Below, in pieces: positions 46,822 to 55,517 of a stretch of DNA of 64,000 bases. The notes beneath the pieces were generated by a model, which did not search any database, had not been told where the DNA came from, and saw nothing but the letters and a program-made list of their open reading frames with translations. Position 1 is the first letter of the stretch; each line of letters starts with the position of its first letter. Made by a program: the position numbers and the translations under genes. Source of the stretch: Bacillota bacterium (GTDB taxonomy: Bacteria > Bacillota > Dethiobacteria > DTU022 > UBA8154); contig JAAYFF010000009.1 of assembly GCA_012728375.1 (NCBI GenBank), positions 8,940 through 72,939 of the forward strand. Direction: 5' to 3'.

Positions 46822-48387
46822 ATGGGGCGGAAAGCTTTAAAAGAGGGAAAAATAGAGCTGCTGACAGCTAAGCTTGACTTTGCATCGCTGGTAGGAGAAA
46901 CTGTTTTACGTTTCTTTTTAACAAAAGATTTGCTTTTTCAGGAAGAACCGGCCAGAGATAAGGACCGCCGGCCTCTTCCGCTGGGTGACCTGGCTGCATG
47001 GGTCAGCCTCATGGAGGTGAACATTGCAGAGAAAAATAAGGTTGTCGTCCAGGGAAAGGTGGAGGGAAAGGCCGTTTTTTATTCCACTGCCGGACCTAAA
47101 GAAGTGGGATGGGGGGCGGACGAATTCTCCAAAGAGGCTGATGTTCCCGGTGCATTGCCGGGAATGACGGTAAACGGGCATGGCCGCATTTTTTTCCTGG
47201 ATGACAGCCGTGAACCCCTGGAGGAAGAGGGCAAATGGCTGTACCAGCTACAGATCGGGATAGAAATATTGCTGACGGTTTCCGACCCGCAGCAGCTTGA
47301 AATCGGTGTCGGGGCAAAAAATATTCTTCCGGAGCAGGTTGTCCGGGGAGTAATTTCTGCCGAGGAGCTGGTGGGAGAAAAAAGTGTTCCTTTAACCCTG
47401 ACCAGTGAGCTGGATTTTCCTGAACAACTCGATTATATTAAAACATTATCCTGCAGCCTGGCTGATTACTCTTATGAAAAGGAGAAAGAAGGGCTTCTTT
47501 TTAAGGGCGAGCTGGTTACCGTCATCTATTTTATTGCCGGAAAGGAAAGGGGTTTTCAGGAAAGCAGGCAGACCTTTTCGCAGCAGATACCTTTCCCGCT
47601 GAAGAAAGGGGCGGAAGTTGTCTTTTTCCCGCAAGTAGAGTACGCCGCACACGACTTGCTGGGGAAAAAGGCCCGACAAAGGGTGTATGTAGATATTTAC
47701 TTAAGGGCCACCCGTCTGGTCCAGCAGGAGGTCCTCACCGATATCCGCGAAGGTGAGGTAAAAAAGGAATATCTTATGCTTCCCAAGCCTGCAGGAATAG
47801 CCCGGGAACCCCTTGAGCTGATGCAGAGGCTGGCTTTTCCCTTCCCCAGAGAGATTACTGCAGGACCCTGCCGCCTTATTAAACTGGAGGCCGATGTCCA
47901 GGAAAACAGGGTGGTTGTCAGCGGAATCCTGGAAAAAACAATCTATTATATTCCTGCACCGGAAAGGGAGCAGGCCGGGGAGGAAGAAGAACAGTGGCCG
48001 CTGGCTATTAAAATGGAGGAAGACTTTAACCGTTCCCTCCAATTGCCCGGCCTGGAGCCCGGCTCCAGCGTTATTGTTTATTTCAGTCCCGGAAGGACCG
48101 AATTTGCTGCTGTTGAAGCGGCGACCCTGCAGGTTACACATGCTTATCTGGAGGCTAAAGCGTGGGAAACGAATGAATATTCTGTAGTGGTTCCTTTTCG
48201 CGTGCCTCCTGAAACCAGTTTGGTAATTTATGCCGTTCATCCGGGTGACACCCTTTTAAAAATTGCCCGCTTGTACGGGGTCAAGACATCTACAATTGTC
48301 AGGGCTAACAACCTCAGCGACGAAGCTACCCCGCCTGCCGGCAGCAAGCTGATGATTCCTCTTTTTTATGAAGGAAATAATGAGTAA
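46822..48387 (+). CDS. DUF3794-repeat protein with C-terminal LysM domain (SipL/SpoVID-like sporulation protein candidate)
   Basis: The C-terminal LysM is YAVHPGDTLLKIARLYGVKTSTIVRANNL. The N-terminal two-thirds consists of repeated beta-rich modules. Confidence 0.5.
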   Translation: MGRKALKEGKIELLTAKLDFASLVGETVLRFFLTKDLLFQEEPARDKDRRPLPLGDLAAWVSLMEVNIAEKNKVVVQGKVEGKAVFYSTAGPKEVGWGADEFSKEADVPGALPGMTVNGHGRIFFLDDSREPLEEEGKWLYQLQIGIEILLTVSDPQQLEIGVGAKNILPEQVVRGVISAEELVGEKSVPLTLTSELDFPEQLDYIKTLSCSLADYSYEKEKEGLLFKGELVTVIYFIAGKERGFQESRQTFSQQIPFPLKKGAEVVFFPQVEYAAHDLLGKKARQRVYVDIYLRATRLVQQEVLTDIREGEVKKEYLMLPKPAGIAREPLELMQRLAFPFPREITAGPCRLIKLEADVQENRVVVSGILEKTIYYIPAPEREQAGEEEEQWPLAIKMEEDFNRSLQLPGLEPGSSVIVYFSPGRTEFAAVEAATLQVTHAYLEAKAWETNEYSVVVPFRVPPETSLVIYAVHPGDTLLKIARLYGVKTSTIVRANNLSDEATPPAGSKLMIPLFYEGNNE

Positions 48388-48395
48388 GTAAGATG

Positions 48396-48480
48396 TGAAG
48401 CAAAGGGACGGTTTGAAGCATGGGGACGGTTCTCCTGCTTCATTCAGAGAATGAAGCAGGAGAACCGTCCCCATGCTTCA
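48396..48480. repeat. Paired-hairpin inverted repeat element (family A), copy 4: half-unit + perfect 29-bp arms, 9-nt spacer
   Basis: tgaagcaaagggacggtt + tgaagcatggggacggttctcctgcttca ... tgaagcaggagaaccgtccccatgcttca. The right arm contains the queT stop codon. Confidence 0.9.
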
Positions 48481-48954
48481 CTTGTGTTTCTCGATAAAGT
48501 GCAGCAGGGGGATGCCTATTCCCAAAACGGCAATGCTCTGGCCCAGTCCGATGGAAAGGACGGTCGGCCAGTATGGTACGGCAAAGAGCAGATACAGGTA
48601 CAGGCTGACAAGGAAAGCGTTAAGGATGATGGGGCTGAGGTAGGCGATAAGTTTGTTATGGCGAAAGCGGCGGGTGATACAAGCTGCCAGAAGCGTTATG
48701 AGGCTGCCGAAAACAATATCTGCCATCCCGAAGGGACCGAAGAAGTTGGCCAGAAGGCACCCGAGGAATAACCCGACAATTGCTTCGGGAAAAAGAACAG
48801 GAAGCAGTGTTAATCCTTCGGCAATTCTCACCTGAACAGGGCCGAAGCTTATGGCTGAAAGCAGAAAAGTAACGGCCACATAGAGCGCCGCAATTATTCC
48901 CGCCCGGGCCAGATATGCAGCAGTAGGCGTCCGGGACCTTTTTTCTTTTTGCAT
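48478..48954 (-). CDS. queT: QueT-family (queuosine precursor) ECF-type transporter S component
   Basis: Five-TM small membrane protein with the QueT-like pattern. A GGGGAG RBS precedes the ATG at 48954. The TTG extension to 49008 is rejected. Confidence 0.5.
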   Translation of the reverse strand: MQKEKRSRTPTAAYLARAGIIAALYVAVTFLLSAISFGPVQVRIAEGLTLLPVLFPEAIVGLFLGCLLANFFGPFGMADIVFGSLITLLAACITRRFRHNKLIAYLSPIILNAFLVSLYLYLLFAVPYWPTVLSIGLGQSIAVLGIGIPLLHFIEKHK

Positions 48955-49113
48955 TTTTTTTTGCTCCCCGGCTGGAAGGGGGACTGTCCTTTGCGTTTCC
49001 CCTTCCAAGTCTGTTAAGTATATGATATACTATTACAATAGCAAAAAAAGTTTATGGTAACAAGTAAGTTTAGTCCGATTGGACAAGAATTTGGGAAAGG
49101 CAGGTGCCCTTGA

Positions 49114-50316
49114 TTGACAAAAAAAACATATGAAGAGATTAACGAGAAAATCCGGTCCGGAGCAGCAGTTGTCGTTACTGCGGAAGAAGTCATCTCTTTA
49201 GTTAAGGAAAGGGGAATAGAGGAAACCGCAGCTTATGTTGATGTGGTTACTACGGGCACCTTTGGGCCGATGTGTTCATCCGGCGCATTTTTTAACTTTG
49301 GCCATCCCAAACCGCGCATGAGAATGAGTAAAGTATATCTTAACGGGGTAGAGGCTTACGCAGGGATAGCTGCTGTTGATGCCTATCTGGGTGCCACCCA
49401 GCTGCCGGAGACAGATCCGGCTAATAAATCTTTTCCCGGGCATTTCAACTATGGCGGCGGGCATGTCCTCGAGGACCTTGTAGCAGGGAAGGAAGTGTTC
49501 CTGGACGCTTACAGCTATGGCACGGATTGTTATCCGCGGAAGTCCTACCAAAAAGCTATTAAGCTGGAGGATATACCCTATGCAGTTCTCTACAACCCCC
49601 GCAATGCTTATCAGAACTATAACGTGGGAGTTAATCTGTCCGATCGCACTCTTTACACCTATATGGGAATTTTAAAGCCAAACTTGGGGAATGCCAATTA
49701 CAGCACCGCGGGGCAACTTTCTCCCCTATTTAACGATCCGTACTACCGCACCATCGGGATGGGAACGAAAATTTTTCTGGGGGGCGGCGTGGGTTACGTG
49801 AGCTGGTTCGGGACACAGCATGCTCCGGAGGCACCCCGAGGCGAGAACGGAGTTCCCCTTTCCCCGGCGGGAACCCTGGCAGTTATCGGCGATTTAAAGC
49901 AGATGTCTCCCAAGTGGTTACGGGGGATCAGTTTCCTCGGTTATGGCGTCTCCCTCATGGTGGGGCTCGGGATTCCCATCCCTATTTTGGATGAAGAGAT
50001 TTTAAAATATACGGCAGTGAGCGATGAGGAAATTTTTGCCCCTATCGTCGATTACAGTCAATCTTACCCCCAGGGGCTGGGCGAGGTGCTGGGAAGGGTC
50101 AGCTACGCGCAGTTAAAAAGCGGGCAGATAACTCTGGGAGGAAAGGTTATCCCTACGGCTTCCCTTTCCAGTTATGCGGGAGCCAGGCAGATTGCTACCA
50201 TACTGAAGGAATGGATCCAAAAGGGTGAGTTTTTCCTGACCAAGCCTGCTTTTACCCTTCCCCGCTCAAATGAAGGAGTCGATTATAAAAGAAGCGTCGG
50301 GGAGGAGATTCTATGA
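49114..50316 (+). CDS. COG1900/DUF39 homocysteine-biosynthesis (sulfur incorporation) protein, MA1821-like
   Basis: Conserved COG1900 N-terminus MTKKTYEEINEKI..AVVVTAEEV. About 400 aa. TTG start. Confidence 0.75.
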   Translation: MTKKTYEEINEKIRSGAAVVVTAEEVISLVKERGIEETAAYVDVVTTGTFGPMCSSGAFFNFGHPKPRMRMSKVYLNGVEAYAGIAAVDAYLGATQLPETDPANKSFPGHFNYGGGHVLEDLVAGKEVFLDAYSYGTDCYPRKSYQKAIKLEDIPYAVLYNPRNAYQNYNVGVNLSDRTLYTYMGILKPNLGNANYSTAGQLSPLFNDPYYRTIGMGTKIFLGGGVGYVSWFGTQHAPEAPRGENGVPLSPAGTLAVIGDLKQMSPKWLRGISFLGYGVSLMVGLGIPIPILDEEILKYTAVSDEEIFAPIVDYSQSYPQGLGEVLGRVSYAQLKSGQITLGGKVIPTASLSSYAGARQIATILKEWIQKGEFFLTKPAFTLPRSNEGVDYKRSVGEEIL

Positions 50317-50717
50317 GAGAAAAAATGGTGCTGTATTTTCCGGCGTCCGTAGTGGAACAGCCTTTGACTTATTCTTTAATCAAGGAATATAATTTAATGG
50401 TCAATATCTTGAAGGCAAATATCAATCCAAAGATGGAAGGCCGCATTGTAGCGGAGATTAGCGGCAAAAAGGAAGATTTTGAGGCTGGCTTGGACTTTCT
50501 GCGCTCCCGGGGGGTGAAGACCTTTCCCCTTGAGCAGGAGATTGTCTGGGTGGAGGAACGCTGCACCCACTGCGGAGCCTGCAGCGTCATCTGTCCTGCC
50601 GGTGCCCTGGTCATGGAGCGCCCCGAGATGGTGGTCCGCTTCAAGGGCGAGAAATGCATTATTTGTGAGCACTGTATTACCGCCTGCCCGTCCAGGGCGA
50701 TGGAGGTTCGCTACTAG
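50313..50717 (+). CDS. NIL-domain + 2x[4Fe-4S] ferredoxin protein (MA1822-like partner of COG1900)
   Basis: N-terminal NIL domain, then C-terminal CTHCGACSVICP and CIICEHCITACP. The start overlaps the upstream stop (ATGA). Confidence 0.75.
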   Translation: MREKMVLYFPASVVEQPLTYSLIKEYNLMVNILKANINPKMEGRIVAEISGKKEDFEAGLDFLRSRGVKTFPLEQEIVWVEERCTHCGACSVICPAGALVMERPEMVVRFKGEKCIICEHCITACPSRAMEVRY

Positions 50718-50718
50718 A

Positions 50719-51462
50719 GTGGGGCATTCTCTGAGAGACTATCGCCGGAAGCTCTGTCCTTCCGGAATGTATTCCTTCACTGTGACTGTCAAGGAGACGG
50801 ACCTGTGGGTGGCTGTGGGGGAGCAGCCCGCAGCGGACAGCCTGCCGCAGGAATTGGAACAGTTTATCTGGCGGCAGAGGAAGCTTCTGGAAAGCTATAT
50901 TGCACGGGATCCGTTTTTCCGGGAGACCCTTGAACCCTATCTGGTCAGTCCCGATGCTCCCGCGATAGCGCGGGAAATGGCCCGGGCGGGAAACATCGCC
51001 GGGGTGGGTCCAATGGCCGCTGTGGCCGGTGCCTTTGCCCAGTATGCGGGGATGTGGCTCCTTAAAAAATACTCTCAGGTTATCGTAGAAAACGGCGGAG
51101 ACCTGTTTATCTCCTGTCCGCAGGAGGTAAAGGTGGGCATTTACGCGGGCAGTTCACCGTTTAGCGGCAAACTTGCCGTGCGGGTAGCTCCCGGTCCGCG
51201 GGGTCCCTGCGGGCTTTGCACTTCTTCCGGAACAGTGGGCCCTTCCCTGAGCTACGGCAGGGCGGATGCCGCTGTGATACTGGCCCAAGACGCGCTATTG
51301 GCGGATGCTGTTGCTACTGCTGCGGGTAACCTTGTTCAATCAGACGGTGACTTGGAGCGTGCTGTTGATTTTGCCCGGAAATTGCCCGGCGTGGAAGGAG
51401 TTCTGGTTATTCTGGATGATAAAATGGCGGCTTGGGGCGGGATTCGGCTGGAAGAGGTTTAG
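50719..51462 (+). CDS. UPF0280/COG2122 (ApbE-like) family protein
   Basis: The GTG start sits immediately after the upstream stop and has a GGAGG RBS. An alternative ATG is at 50767. The ORF-track start at 50530 overlaps the upstream gene and is rejected. Confidence 0.55.
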   Translation: MGHSLRDYRRKLCPSGMYSFTVTVKETDLWVAVGEQPAADSLPQELEQFIWRQRKLLESYIARDPFFRETLEPYLVSPDAPAIAREMARAGNIAGVGPMAAVAGAFAQYAGMWLLKKYSQVIVENGGDLFISCPQEVKVGIYAGSSPFSGKLAVRVAPGPRGPCGLCTSSGTVGPSLSYGRADAAVILAQDALLADAVATAAGNLVQSDGDLERAVDFARKLPGVEGVLVILDDKMAAWGGIRLEEV

Positions 51463-52095
51463 CTAAGTAATGAGCGGGACAAAACGGCATCCGCAGAGCT
51501 TGTGCACATTAATGCCGGTTTCTTCCTTGGTGATCAGGAGCAGATCCTGCAGGAGCCGATCTCCTACAGGGATAACCATGCGGCCTCCCGGGCGCAATTG
51601 TTCCAGGAGCAGCGGCGGGACCTCGGCCGCTGCAGCGGTAACAAGTATTCCGTCAAAAGGGCTTTCCTCAGGCCAGCCCGCGGCGCCGTCGCCGATTTTA
51701 TAGCTGATATTTTTGTATCCCAGCAGGCTGTGCACCTCTCTGGCCTGCAAGGAGAGTTTTTCAATCCGTTCAACGGTATAGACATGTTCTGTCAGTTCGG
51801 CCAGAATGGCTGACTGGTAGCCCGACCCGGTTCCAATTTCCAGCACTTTTTCATGTCCCTGCAATTCAAGGGATTGGGTCATCAGGGCAACGATATAAGG
51901 CTGGGAGATGGTTTGTTCTTCCCCGATGGGAAGGGGATGATCCCGGTAAGCAAGGTGCCGGTTCTCCTCTGCAACAAAGAGGTGCCGGGGGACCTTGCTG
52001 AAAGCTTCCAGAACAGCCGGGTCGTTTATCCCCCTGGGTTCCAGTTGATCCCGGATCATCTGCCGCCGGAGCAGGGTAAATTTGCTATCGTCCAT
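51463..52095 (-). CDS. pcm: Protein-L-isoaspartate O-methyltransferase
   Basis: SAM-binding LEIGTGSGY, and TISQP. A GGAGGA RBS precedes the ATG at 52095. Confidence 0.85.
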   Translation of the reverse strand: MDDSKFTLLRRQMIRDQLEPRGINDPAVLEAFSKVPRHLFVAEENRHLAYRDHPLPIGEEQTISQPYIVALMTQSLELQGHEKVLEIGTGSGYQSAILAELTEHVYTVERIEKLSLQAREVHSLLGYKNISYKIGDGAAGWPEESPFDGILVTAAAAEVPPLLLEQLRPGGRMVIPVGDRLLQDLLLITKEETGINVHKLCGCRFVPLIT

Positions 52096-52238
52096 GGTCT
52101 TTCCTCCTGCGCCACGATTATAACACGAATGAGGCGGGGAGCGCAAATTACGGACAGGGAGCATCCATTAATTGTTTGTTTTGAATTTCAAAAAAATGGG
52201 GGTTTTACCTCTACCATAACAGATTGGTGGTGAAAATC

Positions 52239-53360
52239 ATGAATTTTGAACAAGGACCGATCAGACCTCCCAACGAGGCGGAGAGCTTATTCGTCAGGCT
52301 TACCCGTAATTGCCCGTGGAATAAATGCCTCTTCTGCAACATCTATAAAAACAAAACATTTTCCCGAAGGACGGTAGAGGAGATCAGAAATGATATTCTT
52401 GCCATGAAAGAGGCGGAGGAAAAGGTGCTGTCGTATGCCCTTAGCCTGGGAGAGGATGAAGTAACCCGCGAGGTTCTGCAAATGGTTTATAATTATGCGC
52501 CGGACCTTCTGCAGATTGCTTTCTGGCTTTTCAGGGGGGGGAAGAATGTTTTTTTGCAGGATGCTGATTGCATGATTATGCCCCCCGAACAACTGGCCGA
52601 AATTATTTCTTTTATCAAGGAACAGTTTCCCTCTGTGAAGCGGGTTACTACATATGGACGTACGAAATCCATATGTAAATACACCGTGGAACAGCTCAAG
52701 ATGTTGAAAGAGGCGGGACTGAGCAGGATACATTCCGGCCTGGAATCGGGGTACGATCCTCTTCTGAAATTTATGAACAAGGGTGTTACCGCGGAAGAAC
52801 ATATCCAGGCGGGCCTCATGGTTAAAGAAGCGGGCATAAGCCTCTGTGAATATATTCTCCTTGGCTTCGGGGGAAAGAGATACTGGAGAGAACATGCCAT
52901 GGATACGGCTATCGTTCTTTCAACCATTGATCCGCATTTTGTCCGTATTCGCACCCTTGCCGCACGCAGAGAAAGTCCGTTGCAGGCGTATATCGAAAGC
53001 GGTGAATTTCAAGTTCAGAACGACGACGGCCTGGCTATGGAGGAAAGGCTGTTTCTGCAAAATTTTGACGGGACCGGCTTTATTGTCAGCGATCATATCT
53101 TAAACCTTCTGGAGGAGGTTCAGGGACAGCTGCCGAAGGATATGGAGAAAATCATCGGCGTTGTCAACAGTTATCTCAGCCTTCCCCCAGATGAAAGGGC
53201 GAACTTTAGTCTGGGGAGAAGATTGGGGCTTTACAGGTTTTTAAAGGACAGAAATGATCCCGCTCTTTTTCACCAGGTTGAAGAAGTAAGATTAAGCCTG
53301 ATAAAGCGCGGCAAGGATTTAGAGGAGTTTGTTTCCGAATATATGTCCAACTACCTATAA
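52239..53360 (+). CDS. Radical SAM protein of unknown function
   Basis: CPWNKCLFC (CxxxCxxC) near the N-terminus and a TIM-barrel core. No SPASM or B12-binding domain is evident. Confidence 0.65.
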   Translation: MNFEQGPIRPPNEAESLFVRLTRNCPWNKCLFCNIYKNKTFSRRTVEEIRNDILAMKEAEEKVLSYALSLGEDEVTREVLQMVYNYAPDLLQIAFWLFRGGKNVFLQDADCMIMPPEQLAEIISFIKEQFPSVKRVTTYGRTKSICKYTVEQLKMLKEAGLSRIHSGLESGYDPLLKFMNKGVTAEEHIQAGLMVKEAGISLCEYILLGFGGKRYWREHAMDTAIVLSTIDPHFVRIRTLAARRESPLQAYIESGEFQVQNDDGLAMEERLFLQNFDGTGFIVSDHILNLLEEVQGQLPKDMEKIIGVVNSYLSLPPDERANFSLGRRLGLYRFLKDRNDPALFHQVEEVRLSLIKRGKDLEEFVSEYMSNYL

Positions 53361-53392
53361 AATAAAAATTGACTCTGGCTGGAGGTGGCAAA

Positions 53393-53995
53393 GTGACAGG
53401 ACAAGCCGGCGAAAATGATCATGGTTGTCCGGCGCTGCGGCAGCGGAAAGGAAAAAATTGGTTTTTTTCTTTAACCCTGGCCTTTCTTTTTTTGCTGGCA
53501 GGTTTTTTTCTGGGCCGCATCGCGGTGGCGGATACGGGGCTTATTCCCGGTTCAGAAGAAGATCCGCTGGTTACTGCGAGCTGGGTTGAAGCAAGGCTAA
53601 ATACTTTTTCCAAAACCATCAAAGCCGAGCTGGCAGGGCAGCAGGCTGGAAACGGCAGCCAAAAGACCCCGGAAGCCCCCTCTGAACAGCCCCCGGCCGG
53701 GCAAATTATTGCCGTACCCAGCCCCGCACCCGCTTACGAAGTGATTGTTTTGCAGCCGGGAACCAAGCTGTTGACAGGTGCGGGGACAGAATTCATCCTG
53801 CGCAGCGGAAAGGCCCGCATTATTGCTGGTCCCGGCGGGGGGATTGCCGATCTGACGGCCGGAAAAGAACTGGTCGACGGGGATGCTGTTCCCAGGGAAC
53901 ATCTCCTGCTTTCTCCCAGGGATGACGGCCGCGGCGCGCTGATGGAAACCGAGGTTATTTTTTTAATTCGGGGGAAATTTAATACAACACAATAA
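53393..53995 (+). CDS. Hypothetical membrane-anchored protein (Pro/Ala-rich linker, Gly-rich C-terminal domain)
   Basis: GTG start with a GGAGG RBS 7 nt upstream. It has a single TM and is likely co-transcribed with the radical SAM gene. Confidence 0.45.
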   Translation: MTGQAGENDHGCPALRQRKGKNWFFSLTLAFLFLLAGFFLGRIAVADTGLIPGSEEDPLVTASWVEARLNTFSKTIKAELAGQQAGNGSQKTPEAPSEQPPAGQIIAVPSPAPAYEVIVLQPGTKLLTGAGTEFILRSGKARIIAGPGGGIADLTAGKELVDGDAVPREHLLLSPRDDGRGALMETEVIFLIRGKFNTTQ

Positions 53996-54198
53996 TGATT
54001 CTACATAATGGTTCTGCTGCATAAACTCCATTTGCAAAGCGTTCGCTGAAAACTGCAACCATTCGACTAACAATTTTTCGCACGGGCCAATTGAACGTCC
54101 TGTTCAGTGGCCCTAAAAATGGCATCCTGCCATTTTTGCTTCAAAATTGTTACGTTTTCATGGACTGTTTTTGCAGCTCACACTTAAAGCAAATGTCG

Positions 54199-54272
54199 TT
54201 TTATGCAGTAAAACATAATTTATGAAGTGGAATCAGTAGCAAAACATAATTTTTATGCAGTGGAATCAATCA
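54199..54272. repeat. Approx. 2.3 direct repeats of about 30-33 bp (TTTATGCAGT / AAAACATAATTT / ATGNAGTGGAATCA) in the csaB upstream region
   Basis: Each of the three sub-motifs occurs twice in the same order, 30-33 bp apart. Confidence 0.8.
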
Positions 54273-54295
54273 TTGTTGCGGGAAGGAGAAAGCTT

Positions 54296-55405
54296 TTGAC
54301 CTGTATTGCCCTTTCGGGTTATTATGGTTTTTACAATATCGGAGACGAGGCTATCCTGGAAGCAATTATCCGATTTTTGCGCCGCCGGCTTCCGGAAGCG
54401 GAGCTGGTGGTTTTTTCTGCGGATCCCGCCCATACTCGCAGGACCTACGGCGTTGAATCCGTTTCCAGAACGCACCTGCCCTCTATTTTTCGCACCTTAC
54501 GGCGTGCCGACCTGCTCATCAGCGGCGGGGGCGGTTTACTCCAGGATGTAACCAGTTTGCGCTCAGTTGTCTATTATCTGGGTATTATGGAGATGGCAAT
54601 GCAGATGGGAAAGAAAGTTGCCGTCTTTGCCCAGGGCATGGGACCATTGCATCACCGCCTGGCCCTGCACTGGGTGAAAAGAGTGCTAAGCCGGGTTGAC
54701 TTTGTCAGCGTGCGCGATCCCCTTTCCGGGAGTTTCCTGTCGCAGCTGGGAATCAAAAGGGAAATTATGGTTACAGCGGATCCGGTTTTCTCTTTGGAGC
54801 CGGCATCGGGGGAGGAGATTAAAGCGTTCTGGGCAAAGAAGGGGCTCCCGGAAGAAAAAAAATATTTGCGCATAGGGGTTGCCCTGCGCCCTTTTCCCCG
54901 GGAAACGAGCTCTAATGCGCAAATTATGGAAACAGTCGCCAGGGCCTGTCTTTACCTGGAGAAACAGCACAAAGCCAGGCTGATTTTCCTTCCCTTCCAC
55001 CTGCAGAAGGATTTGCCCTTGGCCAGGCAGATCGCCTCCAGGCTCTCGCAGCAGAGCATAATTATAGATAAATTCCTCACGATCCGGGAGATAATGTGCC
55101 TGATGGGAGGGCTCGATCTTCTTGTGGGAATGCGCCTTCATGCCCTTATTATTGCTGCAGTAAGCGGGGTCCCCTTTCTGGCTCTTCCATATGATCCCAA
55201 GATAAACGCTTTTCTCTCCCGCATTGGAAAAGACCCCCCGCCTCCGCTGCAGGAGCTGACCCTGCAGCAGCTTATACAGGGCTTGGAAACAGTTTTGGCG
55301 GGAAAAGAAAAAGACTCTCGAAGGCTTGGAAGGATACAGGAGTTAAAAAACGAAGTGGAAAAAGCAGCGGACGAGCTGCTCTCCCTTGTTGGCAGTGCAG
55401 GATAA
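54296..55405 (+). CDS. csaB: Polysaccharide pyruvyl transferase CsaB
   Basis: N-terminal ALSGYYGFYNIGDEAIL, typical of CsaB. The TTG start has an AAGGAG RBS 7 nt upstream. The ORF-track GTG at 54227 is rejected. Confidence 0.75.
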   Translation: MTCIALSGYYGFYNIGDEAILEAIIRFLRRRLPEAELVVFSADPAHTRRTYGVESVSRTHLPSIFRTLRRADLLISGGGGLLQDVTSLRSVVYYLGIMEMAMQMGKKVAVFAQGMGPLHHRLALHWVKRVLSRVDFVSVRDPLSGSFLSQLGIKREIMVTADPVFSLEPASGEEIKAFWAKKGLPEEKKYLRIGVALRPFPRETSSNAQIMETVARACLYLEKQHKARLIFLPFHLQKDLPLARQIASRLSQQSIIIDKFLTIREIMCLMGGLDLLVGMRLHALIIAAVSGVPFLALPYDPKINAFLSRIGKDPPPPLQELTLQQLIQGLETVLAGKEKDSRRLGRIQELKNEVEKAADELLSLVGSAG

Positions 55406-55517
55406 GCGGGATAAGGTCGGACACTTCCGCTGGAAGAGGTTATGCGGGGGAAAATTTGACATCAAGAAAGATGATAAAGGCAGCACTTTTTTGCATTAGC
55501 CCACATCCGGCAAAATT

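Noticed and set aside
48955-49010. preQ1-I riboswitch upstream of queT
   Set aside because: The stem length (8 bp) and loop sequence do not match the compact preQ1-I consensus. It is kept only as an unexplained leader hairpin.
49009-49113. SAM riboswitch upstream of COG1900 gene
   Set aside because: The region is only about 105 bp and lacks the S-box P1 (CTCTTATC…GATAAGAG) or other recognisable SAM-class cores.
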